A DNA stretch of 64,000 nt, from positions 190,836,001 through 190,900,000 of the forward strand of contig OZ024743.1 of NCBI GenBank assembly GCA_964016885.1, given 5' to 3'. Numbering within the stretch: the stretch's first letter is position 1; the number at the start of each line of letters is the position of its first letter. A program made the position numbers and the translations under genes. The notes under the pieces were generated by a model. It made no database searches. It worked only from the letters and a program-made list of their open reading frames with translations, and was not told where the DNA came from. Of the stretch, positions 13,749 through 29,768 are shown one piece after another. Source of the DNA: Eledone cirrhosa. Lineage: Eukaryota.

Positions 13749-13929
13749 CTATATCTCTGCCATTCTGTTGAATGGCTGAAAATATATAATATTGTCTTAA
13801 GTACACATCGGCTGTGTAGCCTCATTTCCATACCGAGTGAGTTACGACTGGCCTTGCAGAATATTAAAAATAAAATTAGAGAAGTTCAAGTCCGGGTCCT
13901 ATGGACAAATTCCAGAAACCCCTGAGCTG

Positions 13930-14660
13930 ACAATGCTACCAGTTAGCGTTCTCTGTTCGAGATAAACACTACAGGTACGGAAGTCCTGTCACCCGAGCCT
14001 GCCCGAGATGCGCGCGGGGCGACGAAACCGTCATGCACGCACTCGTTCAGTTCCCGAGCATTGCTGAGTTTTGGGGCTATATATAACAGTGTTCTCCTGT
14101 GTAGGACGGATCCGGTTATTGACTGAATCCATTGTGCAGATTACCCCGCCGTCCTCCTTTAATGAGGAGGAAGGGCAAGCAGTTTTCATCTGCCATGGTG
14201 GCCATGGTGAAAGATATTGTGTGGTGGACAAGGTTGAAAGGGTTGAAGACGGATACTTTTTATGTTCCACTTGAAAAGGAAAATCAGGGTGGAGAGGAAA
14301 GTGCTGTCTTCTAGTAAGTATTTTGAAAGTTTGGTGAAAGTGGCGAGTCTGGTCCGAGTGAACGAGCCCGCTGAGTATACGCCTGTAGATTAAGTAGTGG
14401 AAGAACTGAGAGAGAGTGCTTGCCCTGGTGGTTAGGGTGGCCGTAGTCTTTCGTCTTGTTTTCGCCACGAGTGGCCCTCGGATTCCCCCCCCCCCCATTG
14501 GGGAATTTTCGTTCTTTGAATTTTTTTAATTTGTTTCTACACATTTGTTTTTTTATAACGTTAATTTACACAACCAAACCCCACTTTGTATCGTCCTGTA
14601 CCTTTCTGTGGCATCTGTAATTTTTTTCTGCATGTTAGCTCTTGTGGCCAATAAAGAAAC
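13930..14660 (+). mobile_element. 3' fragment of a related Tx1/L1 LINE
   Basis: Similar to the reverse complement of 9064-9800; same terminus gtggccaataaa plus (ATT)n. Confidence 0.7.
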
Positions 14661-14734
14661 CATTATTATTATTATTGTTGTTGTTTTGTTGTTTTTGTTG
14701 TTGTTATTATTACTGTTATTATTACTACTCAAAA

Positions 14735-15420
14735 CCAATTGGATGAAAGCTAACATCGATGGACAAAATTGCTCTCCACAGTACAAAAAATTCCATAAAG
14801 CAGACCAATTTGTGGCACATATTGCTAGTGGGTGTGAGCAATTAGGAAAAAGACGTTATAAAACCCGGCATGATCTTATAGGAAAAAGTGTCCATTGGGA
14901 GGTGTACAAAATATACAATATAGAAATGCAATGACAGTGGTACAAATATAGTCCTCTTGAATTTTGCCTATCAGGTGAGGGAGTAAATTTATTTTGGGAC
15001 ATTGAGGTCGAGATCGCAAACTAAGTCCAACACAACCGCTCTGATTTTGGTGTAAAACAATCACCCCCCGCCCAATAAAATAAAATGGTCTCCTCTTGAT
15101 ACTTCGATCCCTCAAGACCACAATGTGGCTGAAAATGTAATAGAAAAGATCAATAAGTAAGCAGGCTTTACAGGCGTTATTAGAACTGATCACCATGTAG
15201 AGACAGAAGTCGTTCCATTCGTCATTGGGGCGTTAGGCAGGCACGTTCCCTAAACGTATTATGTCTTTTATTAAAAGCCTTGGGATACCCACTTCATAGG
15301 CAGTGCCCAAATTTCTACTATCCTCAGCACTCGATATATTGAACCTCCGATATCAGGGACTGATCTGGAGCCAATTAACACGCCGCACCTAGCAACCAAT
15401 GGCTAGAGAAACCTTACAAA
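14735..15420 (+). mobile_element. R4/Dong-like RLE non-LTR retrotransposon 3' relic
   Basis: HIASGC..L..RYKTRHD..HWE knuckle/RH motif, ILG/PD region and VVPFVIGALG; (ATT)n tracts on both sides. Confidence 0.7.
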
Positions 15421-18400
15421 AAGAAGAAAAAATTATTATCATTATCATTATTATTGTTGTTATTATTTGTATTTGGATGTATTTATTTTGCTTTCTGTTT
15501 GTACGAGCTGACACCAATCTCACATAGAGACCTCTAGTGACAAGAAGTTACAATTTCAATCGGACATTATGATTGGATGGTTGATAATTGCCATGTTTTT
15601 TGGGGAAGAATGTAGTTCGTAGCTTCGGTTCGAGAGATATTTTGTTTTAGATAATGCCTGTCAAAACATAAGAAAATTATAAGTTTGCTTAAAAGTAGTT
15701 GTTTTGTGCTAAAATGATACTCTAGTAAAAAAGAAAATAACCATAAATTGTATTTGCTATAATGTACTTTTAAAAGTGTTTTTGATAATGCGAAAATATT
15801 GATTTTAGAGGGAGGTACATAGACAGTATTCTTCGTGGGATATGAGTGTTCCTCAGAGTAATATTTTCTGAATTCATTCCATTTGGGGATTTCCTGACAT
15901 TTTAGAGAGGTAAGGAACCTACAACCACGGTTATTATTCTAGTCAGACGTTCAACATATTATTACCATTATTGGTGATAAACGTTGTGTTCGGACTATAA
16001 TACTTGATCAAGGACGAAAAGCATTATTATCGTCCCTCTAAAGCCTTTACATACTGTTCATAACACTACTCACATTGTGCGGATGATCCTCCAGATAATG
16101 CGTGTTGATCCAGTTAAACGAAATTCTTGCATCACATCCCCTCCTAGATAAGGGCAAAACTTTCTAGGATTTACTTTCAAATTCTCTGCTACAGTTCCCC
16201 AAACTGAAGTTATAATCTTTCTGTTACCATGCTTCAAAACGTTAAATCAACACCTCCAGTTGAACATATATTGAATATATTTTCCTTTCTTTCCATAATA
16301 AACACATTAGAAAACTTAAAGTTAATACAACGCAAGATATATTTGCCACGTCAATATATATATATCATACTATAATATATCATATCATATTATATATATA
16401 TATAATATATACATACACCTTTCAATGATGTATACATCATAGAAAGGTGTCGGGTCTCATCCTTCTCCAGATATAAATATTGCCGATTTACTTCTAGAGA
16501 AAAAGTTAGAGGAGGAAGTGAGTATGAGATTTAGCAGAGGGATGGATCCCAGTACCAGCATTTCGGAAATATTTAAATCGAAAAACATGTATACGTTTAC
16601 ATGTGATTAGTATAATAATATTTCTTCGTCCACAGTAACTAATCCTCTTTGGAAACTCGGGCAGAATGCCAATTTGTAAAAAGATTTATTTAAGTTACAT
16701 ATCATTGTATTACTTCCAATGCAAACATAAAGTTAACGTTGTGAAATAAGGTTTTTAAGTTATAAGTTTGAAATTCTTAATTAATATGTTAGAATATTGG
16801 TTAGCAAAATTCATAACCCTCTCACATGTCCCTTTATATTCTAGATTCGACAATCCGAGTGGGTCAATTTTACCTTGCATTTTCCTGAAGCCAATAAAAT
16901 AAGTACAAATCAAATGATTACATTGATTGAATTAACAACATACTTTAATGTTGTGATATCGGAATAACATCGTTGTTTATGAGAAGAGGTATATTCTATC
17001 ATATCAATCCCATTATTTGCTATGCAGTTAATTTATCAACTTTGTATCGATGAAAGGTAAAGTGGTTATCAGCATAATGTGGACTTAGAACGTGCAAGAA
17101 CGTGACTAAATTTCGCAAAGCATTTCCTCCACTTCTATCAATTCCTCCAGGAATTAACGTTTCAGTATTTTCCCTTGACAAGCCACTGTACAGTACAGTT
17201 GAAACATTGTTCAGTTGAAACAGCTTTCAACAAAAAGTGTAATTCTATTTTATAAACATTGAAACCATATTTTGTTTCACTGTGATAACAGCGGTTTATC
17301 TTTCCCCAAATTTGCAGACATTTATCTATTTCTGTCTTAGCTATTTCCGTGACATTCTATATCAGAACTACAATCTCTCCAGCGGTTTTTAAACTACCGT
17401 CTTTCAAAATTCTGAAGCAAGTATAATGAGCAACAAAAAAAAGAATTAATTATTAACTATCATTTTTATACCTAACCTTACTTATTAAATTGAACAAAAT
17501 AGTTGCAAAATTCATTACTATACATATATTTCATTGAACATGTTTTCAGATAAATAATTTTTCTATCTTTGTGATATGTCAGAAAAAAAGAGTCATGGGG
17601 AAATTTAAAATAGGTAAGTGCTAAATTTAAAAAGAACCTGGGGTTTCTAAAACGCGATTTTGAGATATTTCAAATTATGTAATTATATATGCTTATGAGC
17701 TAAAAGAGTTTGAACTATATTTAAAAGAATTTCTGAATAGAATATTTTGTTTTTAATAACAAGGAGCTTTACATATGTCTCTTCTGCATTAAATGGAATA
17801 GAAAAGATCTCTCCTTAAATGAATGGGACACAATAATATCAGGGCTGGAAGAAAATCATGTGTATAAGTAAACAAACTAACACATGACATGATCCAACGT
17901 GGGCATATATATAGCTGGAAGTAGCAATCAAATCTTCATCAAATAACATCTCACCATATTATATAAGGAAAGGTCATATTGGGCCTTGTAATTCAAGATA
18001 TATAGAAATATGAATAATTGCGTCTTGAATACCTTGCCTTTAACATCGCTCTACACTCAATCAGACGTGGCTTGTGGAAAAATAACAACCCTAATAAACT
18101 ATCTATCATCCTGTGAAATTTATCATGTCATTATTTATCATCATTCTTATCCGCCTTCCACACATTTGCACCATCATCGTCATCATAATCACCACCATGA
18201 ATGAGTAAAGCATATACTGCAGATGGCTTAGTAATCTCCGTCTCGGTCGTACAATCATTACTCCATCAGGTGCAGCTGACCTCTAATGAAGACGTACTCA
18301 TCCTCGGTTCACCGATCATGCATCATGCCATTCGCTCTACCTTCAATTCCAGGCTTTGCCAGGTAAAACTCTGACGTGCAGACTAAACCAATTCTGACAG

Positions 18401-20625
18401 ATTCTTTCTTTTATGATCAGATAATCGATAAACCACAACCTTGCACTCTCAAACTTTGGGGCTTAAAGTTTGATTTCCTAATCAAGCAAATAAATTTGAA
18501 CATCATTTTTATGCTACGATTGGCCTAAAGGGGCTTTCAAACTGTGAGAAGGATCTTGAATTCGTTTTCGAAGCAGAAAGTAAAGGAACACAAAAGACCG
18601 AATTAACTGCAGTGATTGAGGACTTCACCAAAGTTGTATTCTCGAATTGGATAGGGATTTTTTCTACCAGGAAGACCTAAAATTATGAACATACATATTT
18701 TCCCCCAGAAAATTGATCGGAAGAAGTGTTATGTAGCCCATTATTCTATTCTGCAATTTTACTTATTATCCAATTTTGTATCATATTTATCTAAAGAATT
18801 TTGTAACCCAGAATTTACAAGAAACCTTATGAAATATGGAAAATGGAAATGAAATGGTAGTTTTAACGCCGATTGGAAGCATTTTAACAAATACTCAAAC
18901 AGCATTTAAATATTTTGTTTGATAATAAATATGTTCCAATCCACAGTAAATGTTTCTTCAACAATAAACATAACTATTGTTTGAGCATATTTGTCTTTAA
19001 TGTATGAATACTCTTTTGTATGAATATTTATTTAGTTAGTTTCCATGTTGCATAAATACAATGTATATAATCTAACAACCGTGTACACATGGGAAAATAA
19101 TGTACATAATATCTAAAGCAAATAGATTGCTACATCTATGCACACGCCAAAGCATAATTTTATTGTCTGAATTTAATATTTCTTCGTAAATCTGTTTATT
19201 CATCATTGGAATCGCTGTAGAACATACATTGAAAATGACTTACTTCAAAGAAGCATGTTTTAAAAACAGCTGGGATTGAAAATTTCCCAAACTGGCTACA
19301 TAACGTTATGTATTTGTTATTAACTATCTATGCGAGATGCTATCCAACTTTAGGGAATCAAAGTTTGCATTTCACAAAAATTTAAAGACGAAGTGTGGAT
19401 AAACGCTAGCAATATCTTTCACGTGAAAAGATTACTTAAACTGGCTGGATCCCAATTCGAGAGGACACACTACTCTCTTTAAGGGATCGAAGAATTACGA
19501 GCTCTCGGATATCAGACGGTGCTTTGAGAAAACATGCCGTTAGCCCTGGACACAATACTTTTTCGGTTACAGTTTATAACTTTATAACCACTTACCTGGG
19601 TGTCCAATAACTTATTGAGTTACCAATCTGCACCTATGCGTATGCCTTGTAATATTTATAACTACAAGAACACTAAAACTAAAGTTAAATCGTGAAGCTT
19701 AACATTAGCCGCGATTAAAGGCTACCAAAAGGTTGGCTCTCCTTTTCAGTAACGTTAAAAGTGAAATAAAAATATAAAGCCGTGCTCAGAATGAATGTCA
19801 CGGAAATAAGAATGACAGTGTGTTTAGGGCATATATCATAATTACACACACAACGCACGGACAACTACACACACTCTCACAATTACACAACATTTTAAAA
19901 TCAATCATGAACACGCACACATCTGTACACATACACGCACGCACTTGTATACATACATGCACACACCTGTATACTTACACTCACAAACACGTAACGTTCT
20001 AAAATCAATCATTGGAAAGACCTAGGAAGTAATCAAATTAACAAGCAGACATGAATGTTATGAGTAAATTATTGAAAACTCCACTAAGTCGGAAGAACTG
20101 TGTCTGATACCTAATCATATCCAATGACTTTACACTGACTCACAAGAATAACAAACATACATAATCACATTCAAAAACACACATAAAAATATGTATGCAC
20201 ATTTCTACTCAGACATTTAGAAGCACAGATACACACACTCATACTCACCTGGTTTCATACAATGAACACTTGCACACATACAACATGCACAGAAACATTA
20301 ATAACCATCAACAATTACAGTTACACAATTACACCGATACACACATTAACTCACACACACACACACATACATACATAAGCCAAATTTGACAGAATGGCAA
20401 AATATGAACCACATATCAATTATAACCTTAGCAGACAGGCTGAGTAAAAACTGACAGTCCATGTAAATTGATTGTAGTCGTCCCAGTAGAGTAAACATAT
20501 TGATTTAAGTTTGACAATGGACTGGGACACGAGATATAAGTATATTTCGAGATAAAGAAATTATGAAGTAAATATGATTATTTATCAAATTGTATATATA
20601 TATATATATATAAACACATACACAA

Positions 20626-20659
<34 letters not shown>

Positions 20660-20835
20660 CAGATTGGAGGTGGTAAAAAAACAGTTAGTCCTTTACTTAC
20701 CAGAGTACTCGATACTTGGTGTAGTAGAGTTGGTAATATGAAAAAATGCAGGACCCCGACGGCTGAGGTACGACATTTCAACAGCTAGATCTAGCTGTTG
20801 AAACGGTCGGAGCTCAGCCGTCGGCATCCTGACGT
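20660..20835. repeat. Fold-back of a short pLTR-like family (copies at 730-785, 38482-38640, 51355-51470)
   Basis: Shared gaaacgg..gagctc(a/t)gccgtcg..tcct motif; central palindrome tttcaacagctagatctagctgttgaaa. Confidence 0.7.
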
Positions 20836-20854
20836 TTATCATACACACACACAC

Positions 20855-20964
<110 letters not shown>

Positions 20965-21186
20965 TAATACTTATATACACACACGCACATATATATGTGT
21001 GTGTTTGTGTGTTTGTGCGAGTGTGTGTGTGTGCGTGTCTGTGGATGTGTATGTATGCGTGTCTATACATAACTATTCCTTTTAATTTCCTTAACTCAAA
21101 CGCAAATATATTGGGCCGAACCCAACGCTGTCTAAGAACTCACGTAAACGTAATTCATAAACACGTTCTCAAGTTTACCAAACATA

Positions 21187-21988
21187 TCTGTATATATATA
21201 ACATTAAGTATGTGTGTCTGAGTATTACCTATAGGGGCCTACATCTTACAACCGATTTTCATGAAACTTTACAGGCTCATAGATTAGTCATCGGGGAATA
21301 TTTTCTATATATCACCGTATCGTTTTTTTTATTCTGGGGTCATTCTGCAGATAAACATCGATAGGGGGTGGTCACTTATTTTGAGGTATCCAAAAATGAG
21401 ATTTTTGGCTCTAGCGCCCACATATTGCCACCGATTTCGTTCAAATTATAAAGCAAAATAGAATTTATCATTGCACATCTTGTAATGGCTTTATATTCTG
21501 CATTTGTTGATCAGAAACGGAGTGGCAACCGCTTAAATATTAGAAAATACCACTTTTAGACTCAAATTTCCACTTTTTCGGCTCTAGCTCCCACATTAAT
21601 CAACCTACTTTGTTCAAATTTCACACTACGCTAGATCTGATTATTTCACATCTTGAAGTGTTTTACATTTTGGATCTTTTGTTAAGGTACGGTGTGGCAG
21701 CCGCTTAAATATTCGAAAATACCACCTTTTCGCTCTAATTTCAGCCTTTTCAGCTCTAGCTCCCACATTTTTCAAACAATTTTGTTCAAATTCGAAACTC
21801 CCTCCCCCAGCTTGCCCCTTCATCAGTCACCCGCGTTTCTCCGTGATAGAGGTCATCACCACCCTCCCCCGCATGGCCCATATGTGGTCATAGATGAGTC
21901 ATCGAGACGCAGTCGCTAAGATCAACACCTTTTCATCAAAGCAGATATTATTTTACCTACCCAGGCAACGTTGGGTACTGCTTTTAGT
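21187..21988 (+). mobile_element. Non-autonomous Helitron with ~172-bp internal tandem units
   Basis: 5' tctgtatatatataa; 3' hairpin acccaggcaacgttgggt then ttag; repeated ctctagc.cccacat..gttcaaatt at ~21405, ~21577, ~21750. Confidence 0.7.
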
Positions 21989-22157
21989 ATATATATATAT
22001 ATATATACCATGTTGGACTTAAAATATAACTAACCACACTCGTCAAAACCATACTCAAATACTCCAAGCACTAGACAAAGTAGAGTGGTGACGGACGTTT
22101 AATTAGAAAAGGCTTCTAAAGGACTCGAATTGTTTCATTCGTATGAAATAATCAGGA

Positions 22158-22249
<92 letters not shown>

Positions 22250-23325
22250 GTGTGTGTGTGTGTGTGTGTATGTGTGTGTGGGGGGGGGGGGTGCGCGCGT
22301 GCGTGTGTATATGTGAAGTCTTAACGAAAAGAGGAACAGTAGAACTGACAGAAGATCAGAGTGTAAGATTTATTTGACAACTTACTCTAACTCACAAAAC
22401 GCTTGTTAGTTAGCGAAATATTTTCATACTCTCGTACTTCATATAACAGGGAAGCCTTTTAGTCCAAGTCTAAGAAATAAAAGCATTATTTTGCATTTCT
22501 CCTTCTGCTTTGCTGAAGGTAGTGAAAATCTCTTTTTGGTGCTACAATATAGAAGAGTAAATCTTATCGGCAATGGCATTAGGTGTTTCGGGAGACATAA
22601 AGTATACAAAACAAAGCAGATTAGACGTAAGATTGTCTTAAAGTTTGTATGACAGAATTTTAAATTGCAGAGGATGATCGATACTTTCAAAAGTGTCTAA
22701 CGTGGATAATAGGGACGCTTTAAGAAGGAGAATAAAAACAGTATTATTAGACTTACTGTAATATATAATTTTGGGAGATTGAGACCAATATTTGTAAGCG
22801 ATGGAACTAAATTTACATATAAAAAATATACACATAATTACAATTTAGCCCAATGCAGAAAGTCTATTTCGGAGTCTCTGGAAAAAGAAAATATCAAGAC
22901 TAAATTTAGTGCCTGAAAGACAAATTTAAATATAGTGTTATATTAATCCATTCTTCTAACCTGTTTTATACTATATTAGTATGAATATAATTTCCAATAT
23001 TCACACATTTTCCAATGATTTTAAATATATATGAGTAACATAAAGGAATGTTGACCACTAACCAAAATCATAAAACATTCAGTTGGTAAGACGCTTATAT
23101 TTTGTAGCAGTATATTCAGCTGAGATATTGTTAATATATTGATGAATATTTCTGGTAATCAGCAGATATGTTTAAATCATAGTAAAATGTTATAAACAAA
23201 TATATAGCCATGTGCAGAGGAGGGTAGATAAATTAATGTAAAATAATAATTGGTAGCATACAATGGGTTACAAAGATCGAAATATATACTATCAATTTCA
23301 AGTTCACTTTATATGTATATATATA

Positions 23326-23372
<47 letters not shown>

Positions 23373-23768
23373 AAACTTTGTGATTGCTTGTTTGTCTGTA
23401 ATGTAATACAGCCAAAAGGATGCATAATGGGGAAAAACTTTGATAAGAAGTTGACCCTGAAATGGGAATACAAATGGAATAAAACAAGTTTCGCATAAAT
23501 CGAAGCACGGGTTCCCGGGATATGGGGTTTTTCCGGGTACCTTCATTAACAGAGAGAGAAAGAGATAGTGTTTGTGAGAGAGTAGCTTGAAAGAGAGACA
23601 TAGAGAGAGAAGAGACAGAGAAGGAAAATGTAAGTGAAAGAGAGAGAGAAAGAGAGCTGGTGGTGCTGTTATGTATATATATATATATATATATGTGAGT
23701 GTGTGTGTTTATATATATGTGTGTGTATATGTGTGTGTCTGTGACCAGGGTATATAGATCACAGACAC

Positions 23769-24427
<659 letters not shown>

Positions 24428-24495
24428 TACACGGCTCAGAAATATTCCTTTCTTTGAGCTATTTAATTGTAAAAGACTATTTGAGTTTATAACTC

Positions 24496-24560
<65 letters not shown>

Positions 24561-24604
24561 CACATATTTATATATATATATACATACACACATGTATATA
24601 TATT

Positions 24605-24670
24605 TTTCATTCTTGAGAAATCATCAGGAATCTCTGATGATTTCTTAAGAATGAAACAGTTCTAGTCCTA
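24605..24670 (+). ncRNA. Hammerhead-like core preceded by its own inverted copy
   Basis: tttcattcttgagaaatcatcag-gaatct-CTGATGAtttcttaagaatGAAAcagttc; relatives at 22120-22158 (-) and 58868-58905 (+); stem I not evident. Confidence 0.5.
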
Positions 24671-24997
24671 TAGAATCTCATCTATATTAAAACGTTTATA
24701 CTTACTGTGGTTACCCCCAATTCCACCCGGAATAACTTACCTATATATATATATAAGATATGAGGTTCGATTACTTGTAGCGATTGGTAGCCACCTGACT
24801 ATATGAGATCGTTATCTGATTTTCTACTTTATATATCGCAAACAAAAATGTGTTCAGTTATGTTCTGCGTCCGATTTCCTATATATATATATATATATAT
24901 ATATAAAACTAAGTGTCATAGTTACTCTTTAAAACTGATAGCAAATGATCTTCTAAATATTGTTAAATTAAACATACGTGATATTGCCAAATATATT

Positions 24998-25061
<64 letters not shown>

Positions 25062-25065
<4 letters not shown>

Positions 25066-27515
25066 GGTTACTATTTATAGTTATGTATATTTTAAACTAT
25101 AAACAGGGAAGGTCAGTAATGTATTACTACCTTATTACCAGTAAGATAAATAGCTCAATGTAAGAACATCAGTTGTTCTACAGAGCAGTTATATAGAATT
25201 CACAAGAATCAAAGCTATGTTCAAAGCATTTATTCACTTACAGCTGTTTCATCCAAACCTAGGCTTGGGGTCTTCGGAGCACTTTTTAATGCTTGTACAT
25301 ATAATTGACCTCCTATCCAACGCAAGAGACATACAGATACATATATATATATATTGATGTACAGTGGAGTGACATATATTATACTAAACTATATTTGTAT
25401 AGCAATTTAAATTTAAAATCAAAATTAAAATACATGCAGCAGTTAACACAGATAATGCAAGAGAATAGTCCGACAATCAGATCTAGTAGATAGTGTATGC
25501 GTTAGTCATACCTGGAGTATGCACGTGTGTCTCATTTATGTAAGAGTATTGTGTGGCAAGGTATTACATATAATACAAGCACGTTAAGCGGGTAAGCAAG
25601 AGTATTATGGTGGTTGTAGTGGGAGGGTATTTTTTGTATAGATTAAAAAAAGTATGTGTGCAGAAAAAGAAAAAGAAAGTTATAGTCTTCGCATCCACCA
25701 CCATCTTCACATCCAGAAAAAGGAAGTTATAGTTTTCACATCCATCCCATATGTTACGATGAATTCGTTTTGAATGTTTGATGTAGTAAATGATTGTAAC
25801 GTATTGAGGCTCAGTGTTATTTAATCCATATTCATAGAATAGGTTCTTTCTGCTGCGAGAATTTACAGCGGTTTGTTATCCGGAAGTAGGTGTGTAATTA
25901 AGGGGAGTTAATGCGTAGGGGGAGGTAACTAGCTGATTCTCATAACTAAATTCATTGTTCTAACATACATTATATGGTGCCTCAATTGAGTCCCTTATAT
26001 AAAAGGTTATATATTTATATTTAATTTTAAATACAGTCTACTCTATCATAATGTATTAAAGGTATCTATAGGAAGTTGATTACTCCTTACTATATAGCGC
26101 TATAATTGAATTTCACACACAAAGTGGTATATCTTTATATCAAAATTCACTTTAAATCCAGTCTACTCTCAAAACATATCAAAGGACCAATTAGAATTGT
26201 GTCTACATAACCTTTGGTAAGCTATGGAGCAGCGTACATCTCTTGGGTAAACAAAAACATCCCCCATTTACAATATCATTAATCTATCCATTAAGTTATA
26301 CATGCATATACAATTCATATATAATTCATTGTACCGCACTACATATGAGTTAGTCAGATCCCTTATATTAATAAATTAAACCTATATATATCTAATGTTA
26401 TTACTCTATACATTTAATTACAAATGCATATATAATTCATTGTTGTATCTACTATTTAAAGTTTATATAAACTGTAATATATTTCAATCCCTATATAATT
26501 ATAAGTAATTAAAAGTAATTATATTAAAAGTTGGTGTTTATGCGGATATTTCTAGGGTATAAAGTTATAGATAGGTAGAATGGTTTGTGTCGAGAAAAGG
26601 GTGGATCAGAGAGTGTGGAGTAGTGGTGGAAGGCAATCCCTTGAGGTGGGGTGTTAAAAGCTGTGACGAGTTCAAATCTGACATTGTTATATATTAGGTT
26701 TAAAGCTTTGTAAGGAGTGTCTGAAGCGGTGCTGGCACGACGCAAACGGTTCCGATTTTTTATTAAGGAGGTTAAGGTTCGAAAAGATTATAGTATGGGT
26801 CTCTAGTAGACAGAGGTTACAGAATTTTTTAGGTGGTTTGTACGTTGCCGCCTTACCTATTACTTCCCATTGAAGTGTATATGATCTATTTCTAGTTTTC
26901 AGATAGTGTATGTAGCTAGATAGTGAAGTGGAGTTGGCTAGACTGTGTTTTTTGAAAGAATGGAGATCTGAGTTGTATCTCGTTTTGAAGCAGTTCGAAG
27001 TAGAGCCTATATAGGTTTCAGAAGAGTTGCTAGTTGTGACCGTGCATGAGTAGATGATGTCCTTGATTAAGCAGTTTTTACCTAAATGGCAGATTCTATT
27101 AGATCTACAGTTACATTTCTTGTGGATGTTAACCTGTCGGTTATTATGTTGTGTAGAAATATGGTTGCTAGGTATTTATTGCATTATAGCTATGAAGGTT
27201 GTCGCACCTAATGCTATTGATTTCATTTGTGTTATTAATATTATTACTATTGATACCAGGGTTTGAAGTTATTATGTTGCTATGAAAGTTTACCCCCTGC
27301 TGTGTTTTAGTTTGTTGAAAGTAAGTATTAATCTTTCTTTTATTGCTACAAGCTATGTGGTATGCAATGTTAGGTCTGGTAGAGTAGGAGATTTTAGTGG
27401 TGTTTTTATTTATAAGACTATGGTACTTGTGGCCAGATGGGAAGTTTTTATCCAGGATTGAGAAGAAAGTGGTAGAACACTGGAAGGTAATATCCGTAGT
27501 GGTAGAGCACTCAGT
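25062..27515 (-). mobile_element. 5'-truncated PLE (GIY-YIG end, long 3' UTR and pLTR), probably Nematis-type
   Basis: Minus ~26740-27510 translates to KCNCRSNRICHLGKNCLIKDIIYSCTV..TYIGSTSNCFKTRY..CNLCLLE. Confidence 0.8.
25234..25282 (-). ncRNA. Type I hammerhead in pLTR (core CCGAAGA)
   Basis: gct-CCGAAGA-c-cccaagc/gtttgga-t-GAAA-cagctg-TA-agt. Confidence 0.65.
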
Positions 27516-27533
27516 CCATGGGACGAGTTAGGG

Positions 27534-27951
27534 AGAAGTGGTTACACAACAGTTAGTTCACCATACCGAGAACAATTGTTTCACCTTAGCGGATCCTCAC
27601 CGCGTAATGGGCATGGTTATAGGAAAAGAAAGGACAACCGTACAAACGCGCATGCGCAGAAATCGGTCACTTCACACAGGCAAAACTAGAATGCGTGTGA
27701 GAGGTGTAAGGGAGATAACTGCGAAAGTCTGATAAGTTTTTAGTTAATAAGAAAATTACAATGATTCAATCCGGAGCTTTGTAGTTATGCAATAGGTGTT
27801 TGGTAACGTGTGAACAACGTGTGAAAAATTCATTTCTCGTGTTTAGGCAATCACTATCGTCTGTTCCTATAACCATGCCCATTACGATCTGAGGATCCGC
27901 TAAGGTGAAACAATTGTTCTCGGTATGGTGAACTAACTGTTGTGTAACCAC

Positions 27952-27955
<4 letters not shown>
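27534..27955. repeat. Fold-back with ~95-bp arms carrying an HHR
   Basis: 27534-27628 vs 27860-27955, ending in (TA)n. Confidence 0.85.
27884..27924 (+). ncRNA. Minimal type I hammerhead
   Basis: cga-t-CTGAGGA-t-cc(gctaa)gg-t-GAAA-caattg-TT-ctcg. Confidence 0.7.
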
Positions 27956-28031
<76 letters not shown>

Positions 28032-29629
28032 CTGAATCCATTTTTGTTTGCTAAAGATAGAGTAGAAAATCAGGTAACGATTTCATATAGTCAGGAAAAG
28101 GTCGCTACATGTAATCTAACCTCATATCTTTCAAGTGCCGACTGACTACCCTATCATTGACCAAAACGTCCTATGAAGAAATATTATGTATGTGACGACT
28201 AGCGGACTGTTCACCGAGCATCTCAGGAACATTTGATTCGGCAGTCTTCAGTTGCACGTGGTGGTGGTGGTGATGGTGGTGGTAGTGGTGATGGTGGTGG
28301 TGGTGGTGGTGGTGGTGGTGGTGGTGTGATAGTGATGGTGGTGGTGGTGGTACTGGTGGTGGTCCGCTTTCGGTGTCGTTGCTTACCCCGGGGGCTCTGA
28401 TTCACACCTGAGTAGAGAACAGCAATTGTTTTTGTTTCTCTTCCCATTTTTAATGGAGAGGGTCTAAAAACCTCACCGCTATTCCTTTAGCCTGCTGTTA
28501 CCCAGCACCCACCTCACATCCACCTTTACGCCAACACACCCACTTAACATTGACAGACTAACCGACATAAATACGAAAACACACACTCACACCAATACAA
28601 CCATAAATACGATGCTACTAATTATATAATCATTGATAATAACAAACTACTCTCACACGAACACACATGTAGCAATCCCAGCACCTACCAACGCACCCAC
28701 ATATACGCGTGTATAGACATACAAACATAGATAGATATACACAATCAATTTGCCTAACGCTACTAGTTAACTAATTAATCATACTAACACGGCCAAGTAC
28801 ACTATAAACCTTTAATATCAGTACACACACATACACTACCCCCACCGCCACCTCAAATACGCACAAAAGCCCGCCATCAAAGTGACACTCGTAAAACTAA
28901 TATAACTCTTTATTCTGCGTCACCATAACATTTCCGTTCTTAGTGCACTACACACATCCGCCACACCCAGCCCCTCCTCTTGTCAATTCCTGAATAGTCC
29001 ATCTTTGACCGCTACACACCATTGTTTCGCTCATGATCCAAATTCAAGCAACGTTTTATACCACATGCGGATACAAAATGTCATACAATGTATGCACACA
29101 CATGCATAAAGACAATAAGCATAAACTAATAACAGCTTACACCACCCAAACACAGACGTGTTCACAACTGCACAAATAAAAGTAAATAAAGGATTAACAG
29201 ACACACATATCTATACACACACAAACGTGTACATAAACGCACATAAAATACATCAAAATTCAGACACATACACATTCATACATAGATATACACACATACA
29301 CTTATACGTAGATACACATATACACATGTACACATGTGCACACACAAAACTACATCGATTATTAACAGAAAGACACACACACACTTCCAACAACGATACA
29401 CAAATGACACACACTCTCGAAATGCACTCCTGCACATATGTAACATTACTTACGACATACCCAGATTATCCGCTTCGGTTCCCATTCCTGCAGGCTGGAC
29501 TACTCGCCTACCCTCTTCAACCTCCGTTGTTTCAACATTCTCTTTCTCACTTTTCTATTTCCTGAAGAAGGACTTATCACCGATACGTTGAAACCCTCAT
29601 TTACTTCTTCCCAAACGTGAAACTAATAA

Positions 29630-29768
29630 TGGTTTCTACTATAGTCACAAGGCCAGCAATTTGGGAGGAGGGAAAAGTTGACAAAATCGACTCCAATGCG
29701 TAACTGGTACTTTATTTTATCGGACCCGTAAAGATGAAAGGCAAATCTAACCACGGTGTGATTTGAAA
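29630..29768 (-). mobile_element. tRNA-derived SINE fragment
   Basis: Same conserved core. Confidence 0.7.

Noticed and set aside
15470-19700. AT-rich stretch with possible LINE remnants (~16060-16330, ~18200-18750) or host exons
   Set aside because: Too decayed to assign; no ORF with recognisable motifs and splice context.
21230-21800. Regularly spaced repeats resembling a CRISPR array
   Set aside because: Diverged ~172-bp tandem units inside a Helitron-like element in eukaryotic DNA; no cas genes or unique spacers.
22440-22850. Possible hAT transposase C-terminal relic
   Set aside because: Only a faint motif resemblance, no TIRs found.
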